This document shows, in pieces, positions 1 through 10,016 of a stretch of 56,674 bases of DNA. Under the pieces are notes generated by a model. The model did not search any database and had not been told where the DNA came from. It saw only the letters and a list, made by a program, of their open reading frames with translations. Every line of letters starts with the position of its first letter. The first letter of the stretch is position 1. The position numbers and the translations under genes are program-made. The DNA is taken from positions 1 through 56,674 of IMG/VR virus record IMGVR_UViG_3300037826_000110; one strand, given 5' to 3'. The DNA comes from a virus. Its lineage: Duplodnaviria; Caudoviricetes.

Positions 1-127
1 TAATACGCCCATGCCATGCTCTCGGACGGGCCACCGACTAAGTCAAATCGGTGCGGCGACAGCAACGTAGCGTTACCGCTGTCGTCCTTCACGTAAGCCT
101 CGCCGCTGACGCTGTAAAATAGCGAGT
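1..127. repeat. Terminal direct repeat (circular assembly overlap), copy 1
   Basis: 1-127 is identical to 56548-56674; 127 is a common assembler k-mer; an ORF reads through the junction. Confidence 0.97.
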
Positions 128-1451
128 GCCCGGCGACAGCGCTGGGCGAGTTAACATCCTGGAGGGCCAGCACGCCGTTAATGTCGCACTTAGCGTCCGG
201 ACTCGTCGTCCCGATGCCGACGTTGCCATGTTGATCTATTACCATTACTTGATTCAAGCTAGCCCCATCATTAGTCCAAAATTGTAATTCAGAAGGATAA
301 GCCTGTGATCCTGTACCCCAAGCCCCACTTGCCATTCCTGATATTTTTGCTCCTGTTCCATTTTCCGAACTGAAAATATCATCCCCTGTAAAGAATATTT
401 CTCCCAGAATATAGTCTGTTGTGGCGTTAATTCCAGTTGAGCTGTTTCTCAAGCTGAGAATTGGTCCGAAATCATTGGCTCCAGTGTCGGCAATTTCCGT
501 TAGGGCTGTTGGACTCGCCGTCCCAATGCCAACATATCCAGTCGAGTCCTGCACGAAAACACCTTTGCCGCTATCCTCGTATAGTTTCAGTCCGTCAGAG
601 TCGCGGGCGTACACCGCATCAGTCACCACGCGACCGCCATTGGGCATGTTCAAGTAACCGTCCTCGTCAAGTCGCACACCACGTGACGCCGCTAGTGTCG
701 CTGGAATATCCGCACGCAACGCGGCAGGGGTCACGGCCACCGTCGTCGATGCACCCGCCTGCGCCTCGGCATTGGTCGCCAGCTCCACCGCTCCTTGGGC
801 TGAGGTGGTGGCGGCAGGTAAATCCGCTGCGACCAACGATCTAAACGCGGGCACGGCATCCCCACCCGTCGACGGCCCGGCAAATACCGTATTAGCCGCC
901 TGCGCATCCAGCCCTAGCTCCTGCGTGCTTAGCGAAAGAAGATTGCCGTTCAAATCCGCCGATAGCGTCACCGGATCGTGATGCGCGCTCGCCTCCCCCG
1001 CGTGCGTTGCAATCGCCGCCGTTAGCTCCGTCTCGGTCACATAGTCCCCGCCCCCCCCACCGGGTGGGATCGCCGCGCCGGTGTCCGTAAGGACAAAGGT
1101 AATACTCACGTCCCGATACCCACCGCCCCAGCGATCTAACTGCTCCGGCGTGGGAAAAATGGCAAGCGCATCACTCTCAATATCGTTATCATCGTCGTCG
1201 CGGGTCTCGATATAGCACTCCCCACTATAATCGTTGGCATCCGGGGTGAAGAGCGTGCTGCGCGCGGTGTCCCACTGCGATACCGTCAGGAAGGCAAACG
1301 TCCAGGTCACGCGCACGTGCCCCACGTAATCCGTCTGGCCGTCCAGTTTCTCGCGCGTGATCCCCGGCGAGTAGGTCACCCGTGGCTCGTGGCCAAAGAG
1401 CGCCTCAGCGGTGTACATGGTTGAACTATTAGGTCCGACGCGGTTGGTCAT
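1..1451 (-). CDS. Distal-tail-like/tail fibre fusion protein, 5' part (about 524 aa in total, spans the circular junction)
   Basis: Missing from ORF track. ATG at 1451 overlaps the TMP stop (ATGA); open to position 1 and continues in frame to the stop at 56424. Contains a GAVELATNAEA fibre repeat and two VGIGTxSP repeats. Confidence 0.8.
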   Translation of the reverse strand, partial: MTNRVGPNSSTMYTAEALFGHEPRVTYSPGITREKLDGQTDYVGHVRVTWTFAFLTVSQWDTARSTLFTPDANDYSGECYIETRDDDDNDIESDALAIFPTPEQLDRWGGGYRDVSITFVLTDTGAAIPPGGGGGDYVTETELTAAIATHAGEASAHHDPVTLSADLNGNLLSLSTQELGLDAQAANTVFAGPSTGGDAVPAFRSLVAADLPAATTSAQGAVELATNAEAQAGASTTVAVTPAALRADIPATLAASRGVRLDEDGYLNMPNGGRVVTDAVYARDSDGLKLYEDSGKGVFVQDSTGYVGIGTASPTALTEIADTGANDFGPILSLRNSSTGINATTDYILGEIFFTGDDIFSSENGTGAKISGMASGAWGTGSQAYPSELQFWTNDGASLNQVMVIDQHGNVGIGTTSPDAKCDINGVLALQDVNSPSAVAGHSLFYSVSGEAYVKDDSGNATLLSPHRFDLVGGPSESMAWAY

Positions 1452-4400
1452 GCTCCCTCCATTTGCTCACTAAGATTCCGATATACACGCCGCTCCAGGC
1501 TGTGCAGCTCCCCGCGCACGGTCTCCATGTCCTGCGCGCGCATGCCGCTGAAACTGGCTTGAATCGGAATATTGATACTGATGCGCCGGCCGCCGTCGCT
1601 CTGCTGGGCCGTCATGGAGGCTAGCAGGCTATCTTGCGTCAGCGATCCTCCTGCAGCCGCCTCGGCCATGCGCGTGGTGGACGGCGTGAGTACGAATTCG
1701 CCCGCATGCACGTCGGCCAGTCCCGTGATAGGGATGTAGCCGCCGCGTTGATAGGAGCCGGAGTATTGCGTGTACTGGTCCCAGGCGCTCATGCCGTCGC
1801 CTGTGCTACCACCACCGTAGCCGCTGGACGGCGTGGGAAGATTGGCAATGTAATCTTGCCAGATGGAGCGATTGGCCTCCAGCCAGGCCTTGGTGTCCTC
1901 CAGCATCGCCGCGTGATACTGCTGCTGTTGCTCCTCGGAGCGTGAGTAATATTCCAACTCGGCGTTGATCTTGTCGAAATATTGCTGTTTCAGGCGCGCC
2001 ATATCCTCCTCGTGCTCGGCCTGCATCTCGGCCACTTGCTCCTGATGCTCTAGGATGCGTTGCTCGCGCTGCTCTTGGTATTGCGCTTCGGCGTCCAGCA
2101 TATCCTGCTCGTATTGCTGTTGGCGCTGGGCGCGCTGTTGTTCGTATTGTTGCTGGCGCTGGGCTTGCTGGTCAGCATAGTCCTCTTCGGCGCGTGATTT
2201 TTCCTTCTCGTGCTGCCGCCGCTCGCGGATCAGGCCGTAGGCGTCGCGGGAGGCAATGAGGTCCTGTTCGCGGTCCTTGAAATCCTCCTCCATGCGGCGC
2301 ATGCGTTTGGCGTGCTCGGCGGCGTCCTGCGCCTGGCGCTCCTGATGCTGACGCTCGGATTCAGCCTGGCTTTCGTGGAATTGTTGCGTGCGTTGCTCGC
2401 GGCTGGCATAGTAATCGCGCTCCATCTGCGCCAGATCGTCTTGGAGCTCACGGTTGACCTCGGCGAGTTCGGCGTTGAAGTCTGTGACGGCTTGCTCTTG
2501 CTCCTGGAGCATCTCCACGTACAGTTTGGCGGCGTTGACCTCGGCGTCGGTGAGTTGAATGGTATCTTGGGCGGTGCGGTTGTACTCATAGAGATTGTAG
2601 GTGTGGGTCGCGGTGACCTCGGCGGCCTCGGTCTCGGCACGGGCCAACTCAATCCACTTCTGGTCAAAGTCGTCGATGCCGTCGCCGCTGGCTAAGGCCG
2701 CCTCGATGCCCGCTTGTAATTCTTCCAGTTCAGCTAGCTTGTCCACCATGGCCGTCGCGGAGAAGGACTGCACCGGTCCCATCAAATCCTTGATGATCTG
2801 GCCCTGGTCCCCGGCGCCGAAGGCGCCTTCCCAGAAGTCGCGGTCCAGGAAGGTGAACATGCCGGTGTCTGGCCCCACGACCTCGTTCAGGGCCGCGATC
2901 TGCTCGGTGAGGGTGCCTAGCTCGGCACGCAGTTCCTCCTCGCTGAGGCCGGCGAATTCCCCGAGGCGTGCTTGTCCGGCGGCTACGCCTTCTTCGCGGG
3001 AGAACCAGCCGCCGATGCCCTGGCCGGTGAGGGCCTGGGAGCCGATACCAGCAATGGCCAGCGCGCCCATGGTGCGTCCTAGCAGGCTAGCGACGTTGAG
3101 GGCGGAGGATTTCTCGATCTGCGCTTCTTCCAGCGCGCCGCTCTTTTCGATCTGGGCTTCCTCGACGGCACCGGCTTTCTCAATTTCGCCTTCCTCGACA
3201 GCGGATTGCCGGACGATTTGGGCGAATTGCTCGGCGGCGGAGACGACGGTGGTCTGGAATTGTTGCTCGGCTGAGGGGCGGCCTTTCATGGCGGCTTCAA
3301 AGGCAGTGAGGATACCGCGAATAAGATTAGCTGTCTTGGTGGCTATAGTGAGAGCACCAAAAACAGCACCAAGACCTATGGCTCCGGCCCCTATAGCAGC
3401 ACCAGCCTCGACAATCCAGGGATAACGTTCCGTCATTTGCGTAATTTCATCCAGAAAATCAGCGCCTTGCTCCAAATATGGCAGGGCCATATCGAGTCCT
3501 TGCTGGCCGATCGTCAACCACAACGACTTCCAGCGCATCTTGGCCTGCTCTACGCGGTAGACGTCGGATTCCTCCCAGTCGCCGACCTTCTGCTCCCAGG
3601 TATCCAGCGCCGTCTGGCCCAGGTCCTCGGCACGCGCTTCTAAGGCGTTGACACCCTCCTCGCGGGCTTTGGTCTGTTCGCGGATGAGCTGGATCATGGC
3701 GTTGAGTGCGTCCGTCTCGAAGACTTCGCCCAATGTCGCGCGTCGTTGTTCGTCGGTCATGTCGGCGGTCGCGGCGGCCAGCATATCCACCGCTCGGGCC
3801 ATGCCGATCCAGTTACCTTCCTGATCGAAGAACGGCTGCTGTACGCCAAAGAGGCGTTCCAGTTCGTCCGCTGCGGCTGCGGTGGGGGTCGCCAGGTTCT
3901 TATACACCGAGCGCAGGGATGTACCGGCCTGCGAGCCCCGGATGGCGTTATCGGCCAGAACGGAGAGCTGCGCGCCCACGTCCTCAATGGATTCGCCCAA
4001 CGAGGCCGCATCGGTGCCCACGTATTTAAAGGCTTCGGCGACGTGGTCGATCTCGGCTAGAGTGTCGTCGGAGACTTTGTTGAATACGGAGACCACGCGC
4101 GTGGTATCCGCTAACGATAACTCGAACTGGTTGATTGAGGCCGTGGTGGCGTCGGTGACGGTGCCAATGTCGGCTTGTCCCAGCATGGCCAACTGTTGCA
4201 CGGGGGCCGTCTGGGAGAGCAGCGCGTTGAGATCCTCCTGGGTTTCGACGAGCTGCCCAGTGGCTGTGGCCCAGGCGGTGACACCCTGCGCGGTGGACTC
4301 TGGATCCAGGACGGCCAGATCCGCCGACAAGTTGACGATCCCCTCCGCCATACGGTCGCTCATCTCGCGATTGAGGCCCAGCGCACGGCTGGCCGCGTCA

Positions 4401-6562
4401 GCCTCTTTGCGCAGGTTGACGAAGTCGCGCGCGGCGACGGTCAACCCCCCGGTGATAGCTGTACCGCGCATAGCCAGGCCCTGGGAGATATCCTGCAAGT
4501 CATTGGCCAATAGCCCGATGCCCTGTGATCCTTCGCGGGCATCATTCAGAGCCCGGGCGAAGCGGGTGACGGCATTGCCGGCGTCCTCGTAATCGCCCTC
4601 CATGCGGCGTGCTTGGCGGTTGATGTCCGCCTGTTCGCGTTCGGTGCGTTTGAGGGAGCCGATGATGGTGTTGATGTCGGCGTCCGCTTCCCCCATCTCC
4701 TGCTGCACGCGGTCCCAGGAGATCCCTAGCGCCGCAGCGCGTTGCTTGGCCTCGCCTTCCAGTTGGGCCAGGCGTTGGGTTTCACGGGCGGCGCGTTCGC
4801 GGGCTTTGACCTGCTCACGGAGTTCCACTGTCTCGCGCTTGGCGATCTCTTTGCGCTCCTGAGCCTCGGCCTTGGCCAGTTCTACGCGCACCTTGGCGTC
4901 GGCTTCCTGATCCTCGCCAATGGTGTCCAGGTATTTATTGATCAGCTCCACCATGTCGGGGATCACGCTGTGCCCGACCAGTTGATCTTTGACCCATTCC
5001 CAGACCCCGATGATGCCTTTGCCTGTCTCCTCGGCGGAGTCCTCCACCTCGCGCGCGGCCATCGCTTCGATCATGGCCTCTTTGATTTCAGCGCCGATGC
5101 GTTCACTGGCTTGGATCACGGGATCGGCGAGGGCACGGTCGGCTAAGTCCGTGATCTGCGCCACCTGCTGCGTGAGCCGTCCCAGGACCTCAGTCTCGCC
5201 CCCGGCCAGCTCCTCCATCGAGGTGCCCTTCTTGGCACGGTACACGTCCAAAACCTCAGACTTAGCTTGCTTTTGCAGTTTCTCGACGGCGTAGCGTTCG
5301 GCCTCTCCCAAGCCGGCCATGGCTAACTTGGCCTCGTCCATACGCTTGATCACTTTGCGCAGTTCGAGGTATTGCTGATGCAGTGCGTCGGTGGTGGATT
5401 CGACGACGCTACCCAGAGCACGCTCGGCGGAGATAAAGTCCACCATGGTCCCCTCGGCCGCTTCGGGCATTTCCACCTCGCCGCCTTTCTGCAACCCTCC
5501 GAAGGCGCGCTTCATCTGCGCCTGCAGGCGAGTGCGCTCGGAGGAGATGGTCTCCATTTCCTCTAGCGCAGCAGCCGCTTGACTCTGGCCATAGGAGCGC
5601 AGGGAGTCCGCCGCTTGCTTGACGCTCTCCATGCTCCACTCTTTCCAGAAAGCCATCTCGTCCTGCATGGGGCCTTCCAGTTCGCGGCGCCGGAACATTA
5701 GGCGTGTCTTGAGCTCATCGGCGTCACCGGTGAGCATCTCGAACTGCGCGTTGGTGACGTCCTCGCTGGCCTCCATGTAGGCGCGCTTAAGGCGCTCCAC
5801 CTCTTCCTCCCACGCGCGTGCCTCCTCGGTCACTGCCCCCACGGAGGGGGAATAACCTTCAGGACGGCTAGCCAAGGCACGCTTCAGTTCCTCGTGGACT
5901 TGCTCCGCATACTCGCGCAGCGGCTCCAGTTGCGCCTCCGCCTGCGCGCGGGCGGCCTCCTCGGCCTCGGCGACCTCGGAGGCCAGTGGAGCCAGCTCCT
6001 CCTCGATAGCTTTGCGCGCCTTGCGCACCTTCCCACGTGTATAGCGCTCGTCGAAGCCCTTGAAAAGCTCGGAGAGTGGTCGCAGCTCGCCCCCGGCGAG
6101 GGGTTGCACCTTCAACGCAGACAGCTCCCCAAAACGCTCATTCAGGCCCTTGACGCGGGCTTGGAGCTCCTGGAGTTTGAGCGTCAGGTCTAGGGCCTTT
6201 TTATCCTGCTGAGTGAGCGCCTCTTCCAGTTCTGGTAGATTATCCAGCATATCGGCAGCGATGTCGGTTTTCTCGCCGGCGTGCACCAAACCCGTGACCT
6301 GGCCCTGCAGCTTGGAGAGTTGGCCTTCCAGGATGTCCCACTGCCCGCTGAGGGATGAGGCTATCGCGCGCCCCAGGCTGCCCGCGTCCTTGCGCAGGGA
6401 AGCCATGTGTTCGCTGGCTTCTTCTAGCCCGGCGATGTCGATCTTGCCCTCAACGGTGATGGCCGCGATCTGCGCTTCGATAGCCTCGCGGATGCGCTTG
6501 GCATCCTGCGTCGCGTCTTTGCCGTCTATGCGGATCGTGATTTCAAATTCATTGTTCGCCAT
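1448..6562 (-). CDS. Tail tape measure protein
   Basis: 1704 aa, Ala/Glu-rich helical; TMP core motif (AFKYVG...LADNAIRGSQAGTSLR); follows tail chaperone genes. Confidence 0.93.
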   Translation of the reverse strand: MANNEFEITIRIDGKDATQDAKRIREAIEAQIAAITVEGKIDIAGLEEASEHMASLRKDAGSLGRAIASSLSGQWDILEGQLSKLQGQVTGLVHAGEKTDIAADMLDNLPELEEALTQQDKKALDLTLKLQELQARVKGLNERFGELSALKVQPLAGGELRPLSELFKGFDERYTRGKVRKARKAIEEELAPLASEVAEAEEAARAQAEAQLEPLREYAEQVHEELKRALASRPEGYSPSVGAVTEEARAWEEEVERLKRAYMEASEDVTNAQFEMLTGDADELKTRLMFRRRELEGPMQDEMAFWKEWSMESVKQAADSLRSYGQSQAAAALEEMETISSERTRLQAQMKRAFGGLQKGGEVEMPEAAEGTMVDFISAERALGSVVESTTDALHQQYLELRKVIKRMDEAKLAMAGLGEAERYAVEKLQKQAKSEVLDVYRAKKGTSMEELAGGETEVLGRLTQQVAQITDLADRALADPVIQASERIGAEIKEAMIEAMAAREVEDSAEETGKGIIGVWEWVKDQLVGHSVIPDMVELINKYLDTIGEDQEADAKVRVELAKAEAQERKEIAKRETVELREQVKARERAARETQRLAQLEGEAKQRAAALGISWDRVQQEMGEADADINTIIGSLKRTEREQADINRQARRMEGDYEDAGNAVTRFARALNDAREGSQGIGLLANDLQDISQGLAMRGTAITGGLTVAARDFVNLRKEADAASRALGLNREMSDRMAEGIVNLSADLAVLDPESTAQGVTAWATATGQLVETQEDLNALLSQTAPVQQLAMLGQADIGTVTDATTASINQFELSLADTTRVVSVFNKVSDDTLAEIDHVAEAFKYVGTDAASLGESIEDVGAQLSVLADNAIRGSQAGTSLRSVYKNLATPTAAAADELERLFGVQQPFFDQEGNWIGMARAVDMLAAATADMTDEQRRATLGEVFETDALNAMIQLIREQTKAREEGVNALEARAEDLGQTALDTWEQKVGDWEESDVYRVEQAKMRWKSLWLTIGQQGLDMALPYLEQGADFLDEITQMTERYPWIVEAGAAIGAGAIGLGAVFGALTIATKTANLIRGILTAFEAAMKGRPSAEQQFQTTVVSAAEQFAQIVRQSAVEEGEIEKAGAVEEAQIEKSGALEEAQIEKSSALNVASLLGRTMGALAIAGIGSQALTGQGIGGWFSREEGVAAGQARLGEFAGLSEEELRAELGTLTEQIAALNEVVGPDTGMFTFLDRDFWEGAFGAGDQGQIIKDLMGPVQSFSATAMVDKLAELEELQAGIEAALASGDGIDDFDQKWIELARAETEAAEVTATHTYNLYEYNRTAQDTIQLTDAEVNAAKLYVEMLQEQEQAVTDFNAELAEVNRELQDDLAQMERDYYASREQRTQQFHESQAESERQHQERQAQDAAEHAKRMRRMEEDFKDREQDLIASRDAYGLIRERRQHEKEKSRAEEDYADQQAQRQQQYEQQRAQRQQQYEQDMLDAEAQYQEQREQRILEHQEQVAEMQAEHEEDMARLKQQYFDKINAELEYYSRSEEQQQQYHAAMLEDTKAWLEANRSIWQDYIANLPTPSSGYGGGSTGDGMSAWDQYTQYSGSYQRGGYIPITGLADVHAGEFVLTPSTTRMAEAAAGGSLTQDSLLASMTAQQSDGGRRISINIPIQASFSGMRAQDMETVRGELHSLERRVYRNLSEQMEGA

Positions 6563-6594
6563 TTTATGCTATACTCACTATAGGAGGTAATTGA

Positions 6595-6795
6595 ATGAAC
6601 AAGGGACCAAATCTTAGATTAGACCAAGTATTTCTTAGATTGGGTTGTATTTTTGCTATTCTTGGAATTGTTGTTTTGTGCATCGTCTTTGGGCTGTCGG
6701 CTCTAGCTAATCCTAAACCCGCTCCAATCTCCCTCGCAATACATTCTTTGCTTGCTTGTACAGTTGTTCTTCCATTCGCGTACTCAACCCAATAA
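6595..6795 (+). CDS. Small antisense membrane protein (moron-like)
   Basis: Strong SD (AGGAGGT) before ATG, extended -10 TGCTATACT about 6567-6575, AT-rich start, hydrophobic segments. Confidence 0.55.
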   Translation: MNKGPNLRLDQVFLRLGCIFAILGIVVLCIVFGLSALANPKPAPISLAIHSLLACTVVLPFAYSTQ

Positions 6796-7258
6796 ACGGA
6801 CGCGGGGGCACCGGATTCCCCGTCTCCGTCGTCCCCCCGCTGTGCAGCGTCTCGATACGGTTGGGGGTGGCCGGGTCGTCCTTGGCACTCAGAATCAGAC
6901 CCGTCCACCCCGGCCCGCGTTGCACCTGCGTGATGTTGCGAGGGTGCCGAGGATTGACGAAGCTGAGCTTCAAATCCCCAGTACGCTGTAAGATCGGGTG
7001 CTCGCCGCCCGTGCGAAACGGTACGCCACGGGCGTCAATCCCGCTGCGCCGCTCCGCGACCGTCATCGGACGCAGCGGAGCCCAGCGCGCGCCGTTGGGA
7101 GCGCGTTCGTGCCCGAAGTTGTCCGCGATGCCCCGGCGCGCAGTGTCCGCGACGATCTCAGCCTCGCGGTTGGAGAGCTCGCCCACCTGGGTCAAGCCGG
7201 TCCATAGTCTATCCCAGGTGCGCGGGTCCTTTAACGCGGTGCGGAAAGTGGCTTTCAT
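6713..7258 (-). CDS. Virion morphogenesis (Mu gpG-like neck/tail completion) protein
   Basis: F..E.AP.G.RWAPL, IL..TG.L and VPPRPFIG motifs. Confidence 0.8.
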   Translation of the reverse strand: MKATFRTALKDPRTWDRLWTGLTQVGELSNREAEIVADTARRGIADNFGHERAPNGARWAPLRPMTVAERRSGIDARGVPFRTGGEHPILQRTGDLKLSFVNPRHPRNITQVQRGPGWTGLILSAKDDPATPNRIETLHSGGTTETGNPVPPRPFIGLSTRMEEQLYKQAKNVLRGRLERV

Positions 7259-7301
7259 AGCAGGTCGTCGTTGACCAACAACAGATCAAACTCCACGGCG
7301 A

Positions 7302-7436
7302 TCACAGCACGTCCTCCCAGGTGTCCGCGCCCGCGATGGTCACGCTGCCATATTTGTGCACTGCGCAAATCCCTGTTGCATCGCCATTGGCGACGACGAT
7401 GCCGAACGGTAGCGTTCCGTATTCAAATAGCTTCAT
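7302..7436 (-). CDS. Hypothetical 44-aa protein
   Basis: ATG at 7436 with GGAGG SD; MKLFEYGTLPFG...; below the ORF-track cutoff. Confidence 0.4.
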   Translation of the reverse strand: MKLFEYGTLPFGIVVANGDATGICAVHKYGSVTIAGADTWEDVL

Positions 7437-7448
7437 GTCTTCCCTCCA

Positions 7449-7465
7449 TTATTTCCCAGGAAATA
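7449..7465. promoter_or_regulatory. NBS-like palindrome 1
   Basis: TTATTTCCCAGGAAATA. Confidence 0.8.
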
Positions 7466-7501
7466 CTCCTCTAGCCAAAAGGCGCGGATCGCTCCGCGCC
7501 T

Positions 7502-7775
7502 CTACATCTCCAATTTGATGCGCCGATCCAGCCAGTTCAACAAGCGCATATCGTGCAGCCACCAATCCGGCTGCTCCAACAGGCTCCCCGGAAATGGTAA
7601 AAACTTTTCGCCGAAAGACTTCCATAGCTTCCAGATCTCAAAGCTCAGCTCCGGCCTATGTAGCGCCCAATCATCGTCATCTTCCGCCGGTTGCTCCTGA
7701 GCCGCCTCCAGCGTCTCATTGTAGTCAATTAACCAGTTTCGGATTCGGACGCGGCATTCTCCGCGTCTTTTTTTT
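7502..7775 (-). CDS. -1 frameshift extension of the tail chaperone (gpGT-like)
   Basis: GAA AAA AAA at 7776-7768; the -1 frame is open to 7502 and ends with an LPFPGSLLEQP motif. Confidence 0.7.
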
Positions 7776-8139
7776 CGGCGGTATCCTCCTCCGAAGCATT
7801 GCTTTTTGGTCGCCATTCGGGATTAAGATCGAAGACCACCTTGCGCCAAGCCACAAATAATTCTCTGGGTATTTTCGCCAGATCCTCCGGTTGCATGTCG
7901 CGGACATCAATGCCCTCAGATTCTATAGTCGCAGCGACGAGACTGGGGTAATAGAGATATGACAAAATGCCGCGTGCCGTCGTAGCCACATCCGCGCTGT
8001 TGGTGTCGATAGCGCCATATTCTTTCTGAATGCGACTTAGCAACAGGTCACGAATGATACCAGTTTCTGCCGTTGCCTCCGCAACGACCAGGCGGACGTC
8101 GTGTTCCTCGTCCCTATATGTGACGGTTGCGGTCTTCAT
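7729..8139 (-). CDS. Tail assembly chaperone (gpG-like)
   Basis: Follows tail tube gene; A8 slippery run near the 3' end. Confidence 0.75.
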   Translation of the reverse strand: MKTATVTYRDEEHDVRLVVAEATAETGIIRDLLLSRIQKEYGAIDTNSADVATTARGILSYLYYPSLVAATIESEGIDVRDMQPEDLAKIPRELFVAWRKVVFDLNPEWRPKSNASEEDTAEKKDAENAASESETG

Positions 8140-9023
8140 TAAGCCTGCTCGATTAGGGCGATAATGACGTCGTCGGATTCCGGCTCGGAGCCGGCGCCAA
8201 AGTCCACGGACGTGGCGTCAATGGTCACCGAGCTGGTCACGTCGCTGACGGTGCCGGCCGTGGCGCTGTAATGCCAGACCTGCACGGCGTAATCGCCGTC
8301 GGCACGCTGTCGCGCGGTGACAGCGTCACCATTCTCATCGGCAAAGGTGAAATCGTGGAGCGTGTCGTTGCCAAGCGCCCAATTTAGAATTGGCTGGCCA
8401 CGCCCTACGCCGAGCACGACTTGCCCTTCCTCGGCCCCTTCGGTGGCGGTGGCGAAGTCTACGCCCCAGATGTGTTTCCCGACCTTATCGGGGTATACAC
8501 CATACGTATGTTCGTCGGCGGCCCCTTCCTCCATCGGTGCACCTTGATGTACAACGCGGGCGCTGGGTAAGATGTGCCAGATCCAGCGCGTTTGACCGCG
8601 CGTGGAGGAACCCTTGCGGGTGTCGGTGGCCTGGCGATAGGCTAAGATCCCCATCTCCGGCTCTTCACCCTGCTTATCGGTGACCATCAACTTAGCCGTC
8701 ATCTCGCCGAGGCTAAAGGTATTCACGCCCTCAATTGTCGCAGCGATCTCCAAATCCGTCATCCCCGTGCGCAGCTCGTAGGATGCCAACTCCGTGGCCG
8801 GGAGCACCGTCTGGCCGCCTACGCGGTCACTACCGGTGTGCTGAACGATCGTCGGTTCTGGAAATGTGGGCGTCATGGCCTTGGCGAGTTCAAACCGGTG
8901 ACCGGCCTCCATGGTCCCAGCGGCAGCAGCCACAAAAGGCAAATTATTATCATCGAGGGGAATCAATTGCACGTGGCGCAACCCTGCGCCACTCGCCTTC
9001 CCCGTAACTGGATCAGCAGCCAT
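8139..9023 (-). CDS. Major tail tube protein
   Basis: Position between terminator-like and chaperone genes, strong SD, beta-rich 294 aa. Confidence 0.7.
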   Translation of the reverse strand: MAADPVTGKASGAGLRHVQLIPLDDNNLPFVAAAAGTMEAGHRFELAKAMTPTFPEPTIVQHTGSDRVGGQTVLPATELASYELRTGMTDLEIAATIEGVNTFSLGEMTAKLMVTDKQGEEPEMGILAYRQATDTRKGSSTRGQTRWIWHILPSARVVHQGAPMEEGAADEHTYGVYPDKVGKHIWGVDFATATEGAEEGQVVLGVGRGQPILNWALGNDTLHDFTFADENGDAVTARQRADGDYAVQVWHYSATAGTVSDVTSSVTIDATSVDFGAGSEPESDDVIIALIEQA

Positions 9024-9050
9024 AGAAAAACCTCCTTATAATCGCTTGTA

Positions 9051-9062
9051 GAACAAGCGTTC
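9051..9062. promoter_or_regulatory. LexA (SOS) box, GAAC-N4-GTTC
   Basis: GAACAAGCGTTC, just upstream of the tail tube gene. Confidence 0.55.
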
Positions 9063-9568
9063 TAATCCTGATATACTCGCATGTAGAGCGTGGGCGTGTA
9101 GGTGCCGGCCGTGCTGTAAATCTTGATACGAGCACAGCGACCGGTAACATCAAAAGCCCTGGCGGCGTCACCATCACCGGAGATCGTAAAATCATGCACA
9201 TCTTCTAGCGTAATCAGCGTGTCGGTGGCCGCCTCACTCTCCATAATCTTGTACTCTGTGGATGTGTACCAGTTTGTGGCTGACGCGCAATTCACCCCCG
9301 ACTGTCCTGATTGCTGCAACACAACCGTGGTTGTGCCGGCTCCCCCACTAACCACAACGTGAGCGTGAATATTGACCTTGTCGTACAGTGCGACGTAGGT
9401 CGCATCCGCATAACCGGTCGTGGTATAAGTAGCCTGATACGTGGTCTCTTGTGCCGGCGCAGCCTCTACGGGCTCCGAATTGGGCAATAGCGACAAGCCC
9501 ACAAATAACGCCAAAACCCCCAGCGCCACGGCCAGGGCCAATCTTAGATTATTACGTGTATTGATCAT
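9062..9568 (-). CDS. Signal-peptide protein, paralog of 10554-11150
   Basis: Start reassigned to ATG 9568 (GGAGGG SD); N-terminal hydrophobic stretch; shared C.SAT.W and G.C.R.K...TYTPT motifs. Confidence 0.65.
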   Translation of the reverse strand: MINTRNNLRLALAVALGVLALFVGLSLLPNSEPVEAAPAQETTYQATYTTTGYADATYVALYDKVNIHAHVVVSGGAGTTTVVLQQSGQSGVNCASATNWYTSTEYKIMESEAATDTLITLEDVHDFTISGDGDAARAFDVTGRCARIKIYSTAGTYTPTLYMRVYQD

Positions 9569-10016
9569 ATTCTCCCTCCAGTGGAGCGCTAAAATTGATC
9601 TGTTCATAATGCGTTTCAAAGTCGTTAAAAACCTCGTGCCCGCTGCGATTGTCGAACTCCAGTTTAATCACGGTCATATCCCGCGTCAGCGGAATCGGTT
9701 TCCCGGCCAGCGCTTCGATCACGGCCTCGCGTGCGTTGCGGATGTTGTCGTAGCCGTAATTGGAACCTCGGTCGTAGACATAGACGGTACAAGAGGCGCG
9801 TTGCCCACCTTGCTCGCCGGTGTCCATCACCAAGATGGCCAGCGCCTTACTCTCACCGTTTTCCTGCCGCGTGCGCTGGGCGGCTTGTAGGTCTGCGGCT
9901 GATAGATTGCCGGATTGGACGATGCCGGCTATACCGCCGATCACCAAATCTGTGACGGCGACGGTGACCTTAAGAGTCTCAATCGCCCACTGGGCGATAT
10001 CGCTGTACTCTGTCAT
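9552..10016 (-). CDS. Putative tail terminator protein
   Basis: Position, size about 154 aa, V.VYD...IRNAR..V..AL pattern. Confidence 0.5.
   Translation of the reverse strand: MTEYSDIAQWAIETLKVTVAVTDLVIGGIAGIVQSGNLSAADLQAAQRTRQENGESKALAILVMDTGEQGGQRASCTVYVYDRGSNYGYDNIRNAREAVIEALAGKPIPLTRDMTVIKLEFDNRSGHEVFNDFETHYEQINFSAPLEGEYDQYT

Noticed and set aside
1-127. Biological terminal repeat of the virion DNA
   Set aside because: The length matches an assembler k-mer and it falls mid-gene; more likely a circular assembly overlap
1634-6590. Many plus-strand ORFs opposite the TMP (and similar shadow ORFs genome-wide)
   Set aside because: Antisense shadows of GC-rich coding DNA without SDs or motifs
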